A stretch of DNA of 64,000 nt from an uncultured Flavobacteriales bacterium (GTDB taxonomy: Bacteria; Bacteroidota; Bacteroidia; Flavobacteriales_D; Sanyastnellaceae): contig CAJQIB010000010.1 in assembly GCA_905478325.1 (NCBI GenBank), positions 3,773 through 67,772 on the forward strand, in the 5' to 3' direction. Positions within the stretch are counted from its first letter, which is position 1. Every line of letters begins with the position of its first letter. A program made the translations under genes and the position numbers. Positions 41,832 through 51,517 of this stretch are shown in pieces. The notes under the pieces are model-generated. The model saw nothing but the letters and a program-made list of their open reading frames with translations. It did no database searches and was not told where the DNA came from.

Positions 41832-42473
41832 ATGCTCCCTGAATCACACCACTTCGAGGTCACGAAAACAGCGCGTTATTTCACGCTTGGACCAGAGATC
41901 ACTACCAACTCCCGTATCCTCATTGCCTTGCATGGATATGGCCAATTGCCTCAATTTTTCTTACGACGATTCCAACCGTTGGCTGATTTGGGGTGGACCA
42001 TTGTTGCCCCGGAAGGGTTTCATCGATTTTATAACGAGGGGACTTCTGGACGTGTAGGAGCCTCCTGGATGACCAAAGAAGACCGCTTGACCGACATGGT
42101 CGATTATGTGCGCTATTTGGACGCCCTCGCTGCCCACCTTGACTTGACGAATCGTAAGCCTGCTTTGCTCGGCTTCTCGCAAGGAGTTGCGACAGCAGCG
42201 CGCTGGGCAAGTTTAGGAAACGTATCATTCAGTCGATTGATTTTTTGGGCTGGTGTATTTCCCCCGGACTTGGATTGGAAGGATGAAATTCAACCTTTGA
42301 TCTCGACCCCTATTGATGTTGCACTTGGGAATTCAGACCCCTTTTTCGACACGCAACTGCTCCGCGACACCTCGAGTCTTCTTGAGACGCATGGCATCCC
42401 GCATCGCAACCACACCTTTGAAGGTGGGCATGCCGTGGATCCTGAATTGCTGACCCAACTCCTATCTGAATAA
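41832..42473 (+). CDS. alpha/beta hydrolase, phospholipase/carboxylesterase-like
   Basis: 213 aa, LHGYGQ oxyanion region, GFSQG nucleophile elbow, C-terminal EGGH. Confidence 0.75.
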   Translation: MLPESHHFEVTKTARYFTLGPEITTNSRILIALHGYGQLPQFFLRRFQPLADLGWTIVAPEGFHRFYNEGTSGRVGASWMTKEDRLTDMVDYVRYLDALAAHLDLTNRKPALLGFSQGVATAARWASLGNVSFSRLIFWAGVFPPDLDWKDEIQPLISTPIDVALGNSDPFFDTQLLRDTSSLLETHGIPHRNHTFEGGHAVDPELLTQLLSE

Positions 42474-42499
42474 GCTTGGTCTGTCGGTCCAGCTTGCTG

Positions 42500-42507
42500 T
42501 AATTTTG
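42500..42507 (+). promoter_or_regulatory. candidate promoter of the deiminase gene: -7 box TAATTTTG with -33 TTG at 42476-42478
   Basis: TTG-N21-TAATTTTG, 15 nt upstream of ATG 42523. The ORF-track TTG start at 42505 lies inside the box. Confidence 0.55.
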
Positions 42508-42522
42508 CATTCAACTTGTAAC

Positions 42523-44337
42523 ATGATGAAATCAACTCACCTTGAACGCCTGCTTCTGGCAGCTTGTTTGCTGATCAATGTCAACGCGTTTTCGCAGAGT
42601 ACATTGGGCTGGCCACATGCCATTACTGAAGCAGAGCGCAACCATATAGAGCGCGTCGGCTTTGCCCCCGTAGAATCACGGGGAATTGAGACTCCCCCGC
42701 CTTACGATAACATTCGGACAGCGGCTGAATGGGAAGAAGTGGAAGCTTTGACCATATCATGGACATCGTTTCCCTGCATTCAGAAGCAAATTGTGGCGGG
42801 TGCTCAAAACGAATGTTTGGTGATTGTATTCGCTGATGACCCGAGCGAAGCAGAGTCTTACCTGACCGGAAACTCTTGCGGAGGAGCGCTCACCATGGAA
42901 AATGTGCAAATAGTAGAAACCGAATACAACACCATTTGGATTCGCGATTACGGCGCAAACACGGTGTATGGAAATTGGAATGATGACCGTGTATTGGTCG
43001 ACTGGATCTACAACCGTCCACGTCCAGAAGACGACGCGATTCCTGACGTTCTCGCGGAGACCATGGGCATTGACTTGTACAGCACAACCGCTGAACCATC
43101 CGATCTCATGAACACCGGAGGCAACTGGATGTCCGATGGATTTGGAACCGCCTTCGCTTCTGAATTGGTCCTGGATGAAAATGATGGCGGATCGACGTGG
43201 TGGACGGATTTTCCCAACCACACTGAAGCCGAGATTGACGGCATCATGTCTGACTTCCACGGTACGGAAACATTCATTAAAATGCCGACGTTGCCTTTTG
43301 ACGGCATCCATCACATCGACATGCACATGAAACTACTCGATGAGAGCACCTTGTTGGTCGCAGAATACCCTGAAGGCGTTGCTGATGGCCCACAAATTGA
43401 TGCCAACATGGAGTATGTATTGTCCAACTTCACCACCCGCTGGGGCACCCCTTTTGACGTCGTGCGGATTCCAAGTCCTCCGGAACAAGGCGGTGGAGGT
43501 GGATATCCTGATGAAAATGGCTGGTACTTGACGTACACGAACTCCGTTTTCGTCAACAACACCCTTTTACTACCGACGTATTATACAGAATATGACACCA
43601 CGGCCTTGCGCATCTACTCCGAGCTTTTGCCGGGATACAATGTCGTCGGAATTGATTGTGACAACAACGGACAAGCAATCATTTCGCAGAGCGGGGCGAT
43701 CCATTGCATCACCCATACCGTTGGAGTGGAGGATCCTTTGATGATCAGCCACCTCCCATTGTCGGATACAGAGAACACCGACACGCCTTACACAGTGGAG
43801 TCGTACATCAGTCATCGAAGTGGCATTGTGACAGCGACGATGCATTGGTCAACCAGTCCCGAAGGCCCCTGGAATTTCGTCTCTATGAACCCGCTAGCCG
43901 GATCCACGTCCGATTGGACGGCTGATATCCCGACACAGACAGAAGGAACTACGGTGTACTACTACATCGAAGCGGAGGCCTCCTCTGGCAAGGTCGGAAC
44001 GCGCCCCATGCCAGCTCCCGCAGGCTGGTGGAGTTTTGACGTCGGCGCTATCACATCCGTTGCAGAAAACAATGGAGGAGTGCATTTCCCGGCCGCTTTT
44101 CCCAATCCAGCCAGCGCCATCACATGTGTTCCTTTGGAAATGGACACTTCAAGCGAAGGAACGCTTTCCCTTTACAATGCATGGGGACAGCGTGTGGATG
44201 TGCTACACCAAGGCCAATTCCCCGCAGGAAATAGCAAGTACTTCTTCCATGCACAGCCGCACGCAGCTGGCGCATATGTGCTCTTATTGGAGCTCAACGG
44301 AAAGGGTGTTTGGTCCCAACGTGTCATGATCCAGTAA
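42523..44337 (+). CDS. secreted agmatine deiminase/peptidyl-arginine deiminase (PAD_porph) family protein with T9SS C-terminal sorting domain
   Basis: Signal peptide MMKSTHLERLLLAACLLINVNAFSQ. Guanidino-modifying motifs WIRDYG, GIHHIDMH and GAIHCITH (catalytic Cys). Ig/FN3-like segment, then FPNPAS...VMIQ CTD. Confidence 0.8.
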   Translation: MMKSTHLERLLLAACLLINVNAFSQSTLGWPHAITEAERNHIERVGFAPVESRGIETPPPYDNIRTAAEWEEVEALTISWTSFPCIQKQIVAGAQNECLVIVFADDPSEAESYLTGNSCGGALTMENVQIVETEYNTIWIRDYGANTVYGNWNDDRVLVDWIYNRPRPEDDAIPDVLAETMGIDLYSTTAEPSDLMNTGGNWMSDGFGTAFASELVLDENDGGSTWWTDFPNHTEAEIDGIMSDFHGTETFIKMPTLPFDGIHHIDMHMKLLDESTLLVAEYPEGVADGPQIDANMEYVLSNFTTRWGTPFDVVRIPSPPEQGGGGGYPDENGWYLTYTNSVFVNNTLLLPTYYTEYDTTALRIYSELLPGYNVVGIDCDNNGQAIISQSGAIHCITHTVGVEDPLMISHLPLSDTENTDTPYTVESYISHRSGIVTATMHWSTSPEGPWNFVSMNPLAGSTSDWTADIPTQTEGTTVYYYIEAEASSGKVGTRPMPAPAGWWSFDVGAITSVAENNGGVHFPAAFPNPASAITCVPLEMDTSSEGTLSLYNAWGQRVDVLHQGQFPAGNSKYFFHAQPHAAGAYVLLLELNGKGVWSQRVMIQ

Positions 44338-44360
44338 CTCAAGACAACCGGCTCGATAAC

Positions 44361-44388
44361 AAAAAAACCTCGTCACCGAGGTTTTTTT
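44361..44388. terminator. bidirectional intrinsic terminator
   Basis: A7 run, stem cctcg/cgagg with A/T extension, 4-nt loop, T7 run. Confidence 0.8.
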
Positions 44389-44410
44389 ATGCGCTAACAA
44401 TTTGAGATTC

Positions 44411-45136
44411 TCAATTCCTACGTCCCAATAGCCGCAGCAGGAACAAGAACAGGTTGATGAAGTTCAGATACAAACTTGTCGCACCGAGAATGGCCAATTT
44501 GGTTCCCGTTTCCGACCCGTACTCAACTCCAGCAGCAATTCGCTTGAGTCGTTGGGTGTCATATGCGATGAGCCCTGTGAAAATCAGCACCCCTCCAATG
44601 CTAATGATGTAATCCAGACCTGCCGAACCGATAAACCAATTGACAAAACTGGCAATGATAATCCCGATTAACGCCATCATGAGCAGGCTTCCAAACTTGG
44701 TTAAATCGGTTTTTGTCGTGTAACCAATCACAGCCATTACGCCAAAGGTTACCGCGGTAATGACGAAAACCTGCGAGATGCTCGATGCAGAATAAACCAA
44801 AAATATACTACTCAAGGAAACCCCCATGATCGCACTAAAAGCTAGAAAAAGGAGGGTTAACGACATGGAAGACCAACGCTGAAACCCCATGTTCATCGCA
44901 ACGATAAAACCGAGCGGAGCCAACATCACGACCCACCCAAGTCCTGACATACCGCCTGTTTCAAGGTTGTACAGTTTAGCCACTAAGCCTGACTGCGCCA
45001 CATAGTAGGCCGCTGAGGCAGTCATCACCAAACCGGCGACCATCCAACTGAAAACATGTGCAATGAATCGGCTGATGGTAGAATCATCTTCAATCAACGC
45101 ATCGTCAACGATTCGGGGAGCTTGATATTCGTTCAT
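44411..45136 (-). CDS. Bax inhibitor-1/YccA family membrane protein
   Basis: Seven hydrophobic segments, IAYDTQ motif near the C-terminus. ATG 45136 (MNEYQ...) is supported by the adjacent -7-like box. Confidence 0.85.
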   Translation of the reverse strand: MNEYQAPRIVDDALIEDDSTISRFIAHVFSWMVAGLVMTASAAYYVAQSGLVAKLYNLETGGMSGLGWVVMLAPLGFIVAMNMGFQRWSSMSLTLLFLAFSAIMGVSLSSIFLVYSASSISQVFVITAVTFGVMAVIGYTTKTDLTKFGSLLMMALIGIIIASFVNWFIGSAGLDYIISIGGVLIFTGLIAYDTQRLKRIAAGVEYGSETGTKLAILGATSLYLNFINLFLFLLRLLGRRN

Positions 45137-45219
45137 GCCACAAAATTGCAGCGAAGGAACCAATTTCCATCACACCATTCGCCAAAAAAACCCACAATAC
45201 GTGTTGGACAATCAGGAGA

Positions 45220-45831
45220 TCAAGACCTACCGTAAGACGAGCCGACCGCCAATTGCATAAACTCCTTACGGGTCTTTGGGTCATTCAAAAACGCGCCTGT
45301 AAAGGCACTCGTTGTAGTGATGGTGTTTTGCTTTTCGACCCCTCGCATTTGCATGCACAGATGCCGCGCTTCAATCACCACAGCCACTCCTTTCGCTCCT
45401 AGGGTCGCCTGGATGCAATCGCGTATTTGTTCCGTCAGGCGCTCTTGCACTTGAAGACGCCTTGAAAACGCATCAACAACCCGTGGGATTTTGCTCAAAC
45501 CAACAATTTTACCATCCGGGATGTAGGCCACATGAGCCTTTCCGAAAAATGGCAAGAGGTGATGTTCACACAAGCTATACACTTCTATGTCACGCACTAA
45601 AACCATCTCATTACTTGGTTCAGCAAACAATGCACTTTCCAAAATAGCAGCGGCATTCACTCCCATTCCTGACGTCAAAACCGCTAGTGCTTTTGCTGCC
45701 CTTTCAGGCGTTTTCACCAGTCCCTCTCTCTCTGGATCTTCTCCAACCTTCTCTAACATCGAGCGATAATTCGTTGCGATTTTCGCTATCGCTTCATTAT
45801 CAAAGCGTTCTGTTTTCTCGTATAGTGCCAT
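45220..45831 (-). CDS. folE: GTP cyclohydrolase I
   Basis: [18 protein letters not shown] zinc-site motif, QVQERLT motif. Confidence 0.95.
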   Translation of the reverse strand: MALYEKTERFDNEAIAKIATNYRSMLEKVGEDPEREGLVKTPERAAKALAVLTSGMGVNAAAILESALFAEPSNEMVLVRDIEVYSLCEHHLLPFFGKAHVAYIPDGKIVGLSKIPRVVDAFSRRLQVQERLTEQIRDCIQATLGAKGVAVVIEARHLCMQMRGVEKQNTITTTSAFTGAFLNDPKTRKEFMQLAVGSSYGRS

Positions 45832-46253
45832 TACGATTCGCCGGAATAGTCGGCGTAGTTATTTTCAGTTTCGTACAGTCGAATCCGTTCGAGTGTACAA
45901 CCATGCGTGGCGATGATTGGTTCAATCTGCTCCCAAATTCCAATGACTAAATTCTCAACTGAGGTCTGCTTCCCTTTTAACCACGGAACATCCATGTTGA
46001 GGTTTCGATGATCCAATGGCTCCTCTACATACTCGTTGATGATCGCTTTGAGGTCAGTAAAATTAATGAAGTAGCCTGTGGCTTCATCAATAATACCGCG
46101 CACGGTGACATGCACTTCATAATTGTGTCCATGCCAATTGGGGTGGGCGCACTTACCAAATACTTCGAAATTCTTAGCTTCATCCCACTCTTCATTCCAG
46201 AGTTTGTGGGCTGCATTAAAACGCGCTCGGCGTGTGATGGATACCTGTTTCAT
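45831..46253 (-). CDS. queD: 6-carboxytetrahydropterin synthase / 6-pyruvoyl-tetrahydropterin synthase family
   Basis: 140 aa, FNAAHKL and [13 protein letters not shown] motifs; 1-nt overlap with folE. Confidence 0.85.
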   Translation of the reverse strand: MKQVSITRRARFNAAHKLWNEEWDEAKNFEVFGKCAHPNWHGHNYEVHVTVRGIIDEATGYFINFTDLKAIINEYVEEPLDHRNLNMDVPWLKGKQTSVENLVIGIWEQIEPIIATHGCTLERIRLYETENNYADYSGES

Positions 46254-46267
46254 CTTCGTAAGGATGA

Positions 46268-46275
46268 CAAAGATA
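46268..46275 (-). promoter_or_regulatory. -7 box (TATCTTTG) for queD-folE
   Basis: Minus strand reads TATCTTTG-N14-ATG (ATG at 46253). Confidence 0.5.
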
Positions 46276-46291
46276 GGCGAAGCCCCTGTCT

Positions 46292-46299
46292 TACCTTTG
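46292..46299 (+). promoter_or_regulatory. -7 box (TACCTTTG) for hldD, 4 nt from the ATG
   Basis: TACCTTTG-TCCC-ATG. Confidence 0.5.
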
Positions 46300-46303
46300 T
46301 CCC

Positions 46304-47305
46304 ATGATTGTCATTACAGGAGCGGCAGGATTCATTGGAAGTGCATTGGCCGCGAGACTCAACGAAGCGCGTTTTTTTGACCTGGTTTTAGTGGACGACT
46401 TTAGCCGTGAGGACAAAGCGCCCAATTGCGCTGGACTCATCCATGCTCATCGCGTGGAGCGCAGTGATTTCGCAATCTGGTTGGAGGTGCATCAAGCGCA
46501 AGTACAATTCGTCTTTCATTTGGGCGCGCGCACCGACACGACAGAGTTGGATCAGGCCATTTTTGATGAACTTAATCTCCATTATAGCCAAACCGTTTGG
46601 AAGCAATGTGTACAGCATGGACTTCCTTTGGTTTATGCCTCTTCTGCGGCAACATATGGGGCTGGAGAACACGGATATCATGACTCCCACGACGTTGTTT
46701 CTAAATTAAAGCCCCTGAATCCATACGGAGAATCAAAGAATGATTTCGATCAGTGGGCCCTATTAGAAGATGCCGCGGGACGTGCCCCCTATTTTTGGGC
46801 CGGGTTGAAGTTTTTCAACGTATTCGGCCCCAATGAATACCACAAAGGCCGCATGGCCAGTGTCGTATTGCACACCTTTCGGCAGGTCAACGAAACCGGA
46901 GGTATGCGACTCTTTCGTTCACATCGACCCGATTACACAGATGGAGGACAAACCCGTGACTTCGTCTATGTCAAAGATTTGACAGAAGTCTGCCTGTTCT
47001 TGATGCACCACCGCAAGGGAGCGTCCAATGGACTGTACAACCTTGGAACAGGTGAGGCCCGTACTTTCTTAGACCTCGCTTTAGCGACGTTTCACGCGAT
47101 GGGAAAGGAACCTAACATTGGATTCATTGATACGCCTGAAGACATCCGGGACACCTACCAGTACTTTACCGAAGCCGATATGAACAAGCTGAGGTCCATC
47201 GGTTACGAGCGGCCCTTCCTCTCTCTTGAAGACGCGATTGAGAACTACGTTCAGGAATACTTAATGCCCGGCGCCTATTGGTCAGCGCCAGAAGCTCAAT
47301 CCTGA
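46304..47305 (+). CDS. hldD: ADP-glyceromanno-heptose 6-epimerase
   Basis: MIVITGAAGFIGS Rossmann N-terminus; YASSAATYG, HKGRMASV, RDFVYVKD and NLGTGEARTF track the E. coli HldD motifs. Confidence 0.88.
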   Translation: MIVITGAAGFIGSALAARLNEARFFDLVLVDDFSREDKAPNCAGLIHAHRVERSDFAIWLEVHQAQVQFVFHLGARTDTTELDQAIFDELNLHYSQTVWKQCVQHGLPLVYASSAATYGAGEHGYHDSHDVVSKLKPLNPYGESKNDFDQWALLEDAAGRAPYFWAGLKFFNVFGPNEYHKGRMASVVLHTFRQVNETGGMRLFRSHRPDYTDGGQTRDFVYVKDLTEVCLFLMHHRKGASNGLYNLGTGEARTFLDLALATFHAMGKEPNIGFIDTPEDIRDTYQYFTEADMNKLRSIGYERPFLSLEDAIENYVQEYLMPGAYWSAPEAQS

Positions 47306-47670
47306 GCTTTTTCTTGCAGTAATACCAATTTGTTGCGCAGTGTTTTCAAGCGCTCAAGCAATTCATCCTTCCCTGCGATCGCCCCTTCTTGCTGTTTTGA
47401 CTCCATGGAAGCGGCCACAACACTTCGCTTTCTCAAGGCCTTCCGTGCACCCTCCAGAGTATGCCCCTCCTCTTTGACCAGCCAGTGGATTTGCTTGATC
47501 AATTGAATGTCAGCATTCGAATAGAATCGTTTCCCTCGAGCATTCGTCCGTGGTTTTAGCAAGGTGAACTCCTTTTCCCAATATCTCAACTGAGACGCAT
47601 TTACGCCCAAGTCCACAGCCACTTCCGTGATGGAGTGGTACCGTTTTTCGATGGGTTTATTCAATGGCAT
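47296..47670 (-). CDS. MerR-family transcriptional regulator
   Basis: HTH block YHSITEVAVDLGVNASQLRYWEKEF followed by a coiled-coil tail. ATG 47670 is preferred over TTG 47679. The 3' end overlaps hldD by 10 nt. Confidence 0.82.
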   Translation of the reverse strand: MPLNKPIEKRYHSITEVAVDLGVNASQLRYWEKEFTLLKPRTNARGKRFYSNADIQLIKQIHWLVKEEGHTLEGARKALRKRSVVAASMESKQQEGAIAGKDELLERLKTLRNKLVLLQEKAQD

Positions 47671-47737
47671 GGGAAACAATCGGCTTTTATAAATTGATCT
47701 TTACCAATGTAAATCAACTTGTTAGCACTTCCAAAAA

Positions 47738-48715
47738 TCAATCGAAGGATTGATTCGTGTCATCTACTTTTTCAAGCATCTCTTCATATTGTTCCGGACT
47801 CAGATCATTGAAGAAATAAGGCGCCGGATTCACGCGCTTACCGTCTTTGCGCACTTCATAGTGCAGGTGCGGAGCGCTTGACGTGCCCGTTGAACCAACC
47901 AAACCGATCACTTCCCCACGTTTCACCCGCTGTCCCTTTTTAACCAAAGTTTTGCTCATGTGAGCGTAGAGGGTCTCGTATCCGAATCCATGCTTGATGA
48001 TGACATGTCGTCCAAAACCGTTGTAGAGTCTTTTTGACAGGATGACCTGGCCATCGCCCGTTGCAAAGATTTCCGTTCCTGTGGGCGCGGCGAAATCCAT
48101 GCCATGGTGCATCTTTCGCACCTTGTAAATCGGGTGAATTCGGTAGCCATACCCACTTGCCATGCGTCTCAAGTCCTCATTTCGAACCGGTTGAATTGCC
48201 GGTATGGACTTCAGCATCTCCGTGCGATTCTGAGCCAATTCCAGCACATCATCAAACGAGCGGCTTTGAGCAACCAGTTTGCGCTGCAATTCCGCCACCG
48301 TATTTCCCAATGAAATCACGGCATCTGAATGCGAATAACCCCGAAGATCTCGCATGCGATCCGACCCGCCAATTCCGGGATTCCGCAAATGTTCTGGATA
48401 GGGATCCGTTCCAAAAACAGCACGGTAAATCGCATCATCACGACGAGAAATATCTTCCAAAATCACCCCCATATCCATCACATTGGAGGCCATTTGCTCG
48501 AGTTCAGACTCCATAAACGCAAGCTCTCTTTCTCGCACTCGATCCGCAGGACTTTCGAAGTAGCGGTCGAACACAAAAATGCTTCCCCCTGCAATGCAAG
48601 AAAAAAACAGGAGTTTTTTGAATCCAAATAGAAGGTAATCCCGTAAAGCAAAGGGCAACTCTTCCATTTGGAGAGTTCGCTCATTGAATCGAAACTTATG
48701 AAAGCGCTTCGCCAT
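47738..48715 (-). CDS. M23-family metallopeptidase (LytM-like) with N-terminal membrane anchor
   Basis: HHGMDFAAP...GSTGTSSAPHLHYEV zinc-ligand motifs. Start is either 48715 (MAKRF) or 48742. Confidence 0.88.
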   Translation of the reverse strand: MAKRFHKFRFNERTLQMEELPFALRDYLLFGFKKLLFFSCIAGGSIFVFDRYFESPADRVRERELAFMESELEQMASNVMDMGVILEDISRRDDAIYRAVFGTDPYPEHLRNPGIGGSDRMRDLRGYSHSDAVISLGNTVAELQRKLVAQSRSFDDVLELAQNRTEMLKSIPAIQPVRNEDLRRMASGYGYRIHPIYKVRKMHHGMDFAAPTGTEIFATGDGQVILSKRLYNGFGRHVIIKHGFGYETLYAHMSKTLVKKGQRVKRGEVIGLVGSTGTSSAPHLHYEVRKDGKRVNPAPYFFNDLSPEQYEEMLEKVDDTNQSFD

Positions 48716-48826
48716 TTGAACAAAGGTGCAACGTAATTTCACACTTCAACGAAAATCAAGAGCACGTTTTACAGATTTTTGCAACGAAAACCTCTCTCGT
48801 TTCAACGACAGCTAGCAAACTACCCC

Positions 48827-51442
48827 ATGGAATCCCAACTGATTCGACAGCACTTCCTCGACTTCTTCGCTTCCAAAGGACATGAAATTGTTCCATCGGC
48901 GCCCATGGTCATCAAAGACGACCCGACCCTGATGTTCAACAATGCCGGAATGAATCCATTCAAAGATTTGTTTTTAGGCAACAGTCCGATCATTCACCCG
49001 CGCATCGCAGACTCACAAAAATGCCTACGCGTGAGTGGCAAGCACAACGATCTTGAGGAGGTGGGGGTTGACACCTACCACCACACGATGTTTGAAATGC
49101 TCGGGAATTGGTCCTTTGGAGACTATTTCAAAAAAGACGCCATTGATTGGGCATGGGAATTGTTGACTGAGGTCTACAAGTTGAACCCTTCCAAATTGTA
49201 CGTCACGGTTTTTGAAGGCGATGAAAAGGATGGACTCCAAGCGGACAATGAAGCCGCGGAATTATGGGCTGCACATGTTCCTGCAGAACAGATTATCCTC
49301 GCGAATAAAAAGGACAATTTTTGGGAGATGGGGGAAACGGGACCTTGTGGTCCTTGCTCAGAAATCCATGTTGACTTGCGAGATGCATCTGAAATAAACA
49401 AAATACCTGGGCGGGAATTGGTCAATGCAGACCACCCTCAAGTTGTGGAAGTCTGGAATCTCGTGTTCATGCAATTCAACCGCATGGCTGATGGCTCCTT
49501 GAAGCCTTTGCCTTTGCAGCACATCGACACCGGAATGGGCTTTGAACGCTTGGCCATGGCCCTTCAAAACAAACAATCCAACTATGACACGGATGTGTTT
49601 GCCCCCTTATTGAAGCAGATGGAGTTGATCTCGGGTAAAGCCTACGGACGCACAGATTCAAAAGCGGACATTGGCTTTCGGGTTATTTCTGATCATATCA
49701 GAGCGGTTTCATTCAGCATTGCAGACGGCCAGCTCCCCGCGAATACAGGAGCCGGGTATGTCATCCGACGGATTTTGCGCCGCGCCATTCGATACGGATA
49801 CTCTTTCTTGGATTTATCGGAGCCCTTTATGCATCAATTGGTGCCTACTCTCGCGAATCAGATGGGCACTGCCTTCCCCGAGCTCGTCGCTCAGAAAGCG
49901 CTGATTGAACGCGTTATTCTTGAAGAAGAAGAATCTTTTCTACGAACGCTTTCAAAGGGAATCGAACGGCTAGAGGGTCGATTAACCGAATTCAAGCCCT
50001 CAAAATCACTGCCCGGTGAGGTGGTGTTTGAGCTCTATGACACGTTTGGATTTCCGTTGGACTTGACCGCTTTGATTGCGAGCGAAGCAGGCTATGTGGT
50101 GGATGAGGCTGGTTTTGAAAAAGCCATGCTGGCCACCAAAGAAAGAAGCCGCGCTGCAGGAAAAATCAGCACCGACGATTGGATTGAGGTACACGCTGGT
50201 GAAGCCGGCCCTTTTGTAGGATACGATCACATGGAAGCCTCGGTTCGCATCTTGCGCTACCGTCAGGTTACTTCAAAGAATAAAAAATTCCATCAAGTTG
50301 TACTCGATCAGACACCGTTCTATCCCGAAGGAGGTGGACAAGTGGGTGATTCAGGCTCCTTGACGGGCGAAGACGGGACGGTCGTGCATGTTTTCGACAC
50401 CAAAAAGGAAAACAACCTCATCGTTCACTTTGTCAATGAGCTACCCACGGCATTGAACGGTTCTTTTCAAGCTAAAATCAAGTCCTCTGCACGGCTCGAT
50501 ACGCAGCGGAACCATACGGCAACACATCTGCTTCATGAAGCTCTTCGCGAGATACTCGGTACCCATGTTGAGCAAAAAGGATCGTTGGTAAAAGCACAAG
50601 CGTTGCGGTTTGATTTTTCTCATTTCGCCAAGGTTTCCGAAGAGGAACTGCAGCAAATCGAATCGCTCGTCAATGAGCGCATTCAAATCAATTACGCATT
50701 GGTAGAAGACCGTGACCTTCCTTTAGAGGAAGCCAAAAAACGCGGTGCCATGATGCTCTTTGGAGAGAAATACGGCGAGCGCGTGCGGATGATCGGGTTT
50801 GGAGAATCCAAAGAATTGTGTGGAGGCACGCATTCCCCTGCCACGGGGGCACTGGGCTTGTTCCGAATCACACAAGAAACCGCTGTGGCATCGGGCATTC
50901 GACGGATCGAAGCGAGTACTGGCATGGCAGCCGTTCTCCTAGCGCGTCAAGAACAGCATGCCTTGAAATCAGTCAAAGACGCATTGAAGTCTCCGCCCGA
51001 TTTAAACAAAGCAGTTGAAGAGTTGCTCAATAAGCAAGTTGAACTTCAGAAAGAATTGGACGTCTTCAAGCAAGAAGCCGCTCAACAATTTAAAGGGCAG
51101 GTCATCCAAGAGTTAAAAACGGTTGATGGCATCAACATCTTCATCGGAGAGCTGCCACTTGAGACCGGAGCAATTAAAGACATCGCTTTTCAATTGAAGC
51201 ACGAGCACGCTCCCTTCTTTGGAGTCTTTGGATCACGTGTTGGAGGAAAGCCCACATTGTCTGTAGCCTTGAGTGACACCCTGGTTTCAGAGCGTCAACT
51301 CAATGCCAGCGCTATCGTTCGTGATCTAGCGAAAGCCATCCAAGGTGGTGGTGGTGGCCAACCCTTCTTCGCCACGGCCGGAGGCAAGAACCCCGAGGGC
51401 ATGGACACAGCCCTTGATGCGGCACGCCTGCTGAAACTTTAA
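48827..51442 (+). CDS. alaS: alanine--tRNA ligase
   Basis: MESQLIRQHFLDFF start; class II core, editing-domain HTATHLLH and CGGTH, C-terminal DHHA1-like GGGGG tail. Confidence 0.97.
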   Translation: MESQLIRQHFLDFFASKGHEIVPSAPMVIKDDPTLMFNNAGMNPFKDLFLGNSPIIHPRIADSQKCLRVSGKHNDLEEVGVDTYHHTMFEMLGNWSFGDYFKKDAIDWAWELLTEVYKLNPSKLYVTVFEGDEKDGLQADNEAAELWAAHVPAEQIILANKKDNFWEMGETGPCGPCSEIHVDLRDASEINKIPGRELVNADHPQVVEVWNLVFMQFNRMADGSLKPLPLQHIDTGMGFERLAMALQNKQSNYDTDVFAPLLKQMELISGKAYGRTDSKADIGFRVISDHIRAVSFSIADGQLPANTGAGYVIRRILRRAIRYGYSFLDLSEPFMHQLVPTLANQMGTAFPELVAQKALIERVILEEEESFLRTLSKGIERLEGRLTEFKPSKSLPGEVVFELYDTFGFPLDLTALIASEAGYVVDEAGFEKAMLATKERSRAAGKISTDDWIEVHAGEAGPFVGYDHMEASVRILRYRQVTSKNKKFHQVVLDQTPFYPEGGGQVGDSGSLTGEDGTVVHVFDTKKENNLIVHFVNELPTALNGSFQAKIKSSARLDTQRNHTATHLLHEALREILGTHVEQKGSLVKAQALRFDFSHFAKVSEEELQQIESLVNERIQINYALVEDRDLPLEEAKKRGAMMLFGEKYGERVRMIGFGESKELCGGTHSPATGALGLFRITQETAVASGIRRIEASTGMAAVLLARQEQHALKSVKDALKSPPDLNKAVEELLNKQVELQKELDVFKQEAAQQFKGQVIQELKTVDGINIFIGELPLETGAIKDIAFQLKHEHAPFFGVFGSRVGGKPTLSVALSDTLVSERQLNASAIVRDLAKAIQGGGGGQPFFATAGGKNPEGMDTALDAARLLKL

Positions 51443-51465
51443 TCGAAACGAACGTTGAGTTCAAT

Positions 51466-51491
51466 AAAAAAGCGCCTCAGGGCGCTTTTTT
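51466..51491. terminator. bidirectional intrinsic terminator
   Basis: Stem agcgcc/ggcgct, tetraloop tcag, T6 run, preceded by an A-run. Confidence 0.8.
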
Positions 51492-51517
51492 CGTTCACAG
51501 GAATGATGTCGCTGGCT

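Noticed and set aside
45147-45162. Sigma-54-like GG-N10-GC motif (TGGTTCCTTCGCTGCA, minus strand) upstream of the BI-1 gene
   Set aside because: Only about 7 informative positions match, so several such hits are expected by chance in 64 kb. It would place +1 on the ATG, and the same region is better explained by the CAATTTTG -7-like box.
47722-47730. TTAGCACTT, which resembles a CIRCE (HrcA operator) half-site
   Set aside because: There is no inverted partner 9 nt away. It lies between the M23 peptidase and MerR-family genes, not upstream of a chaperone gene.
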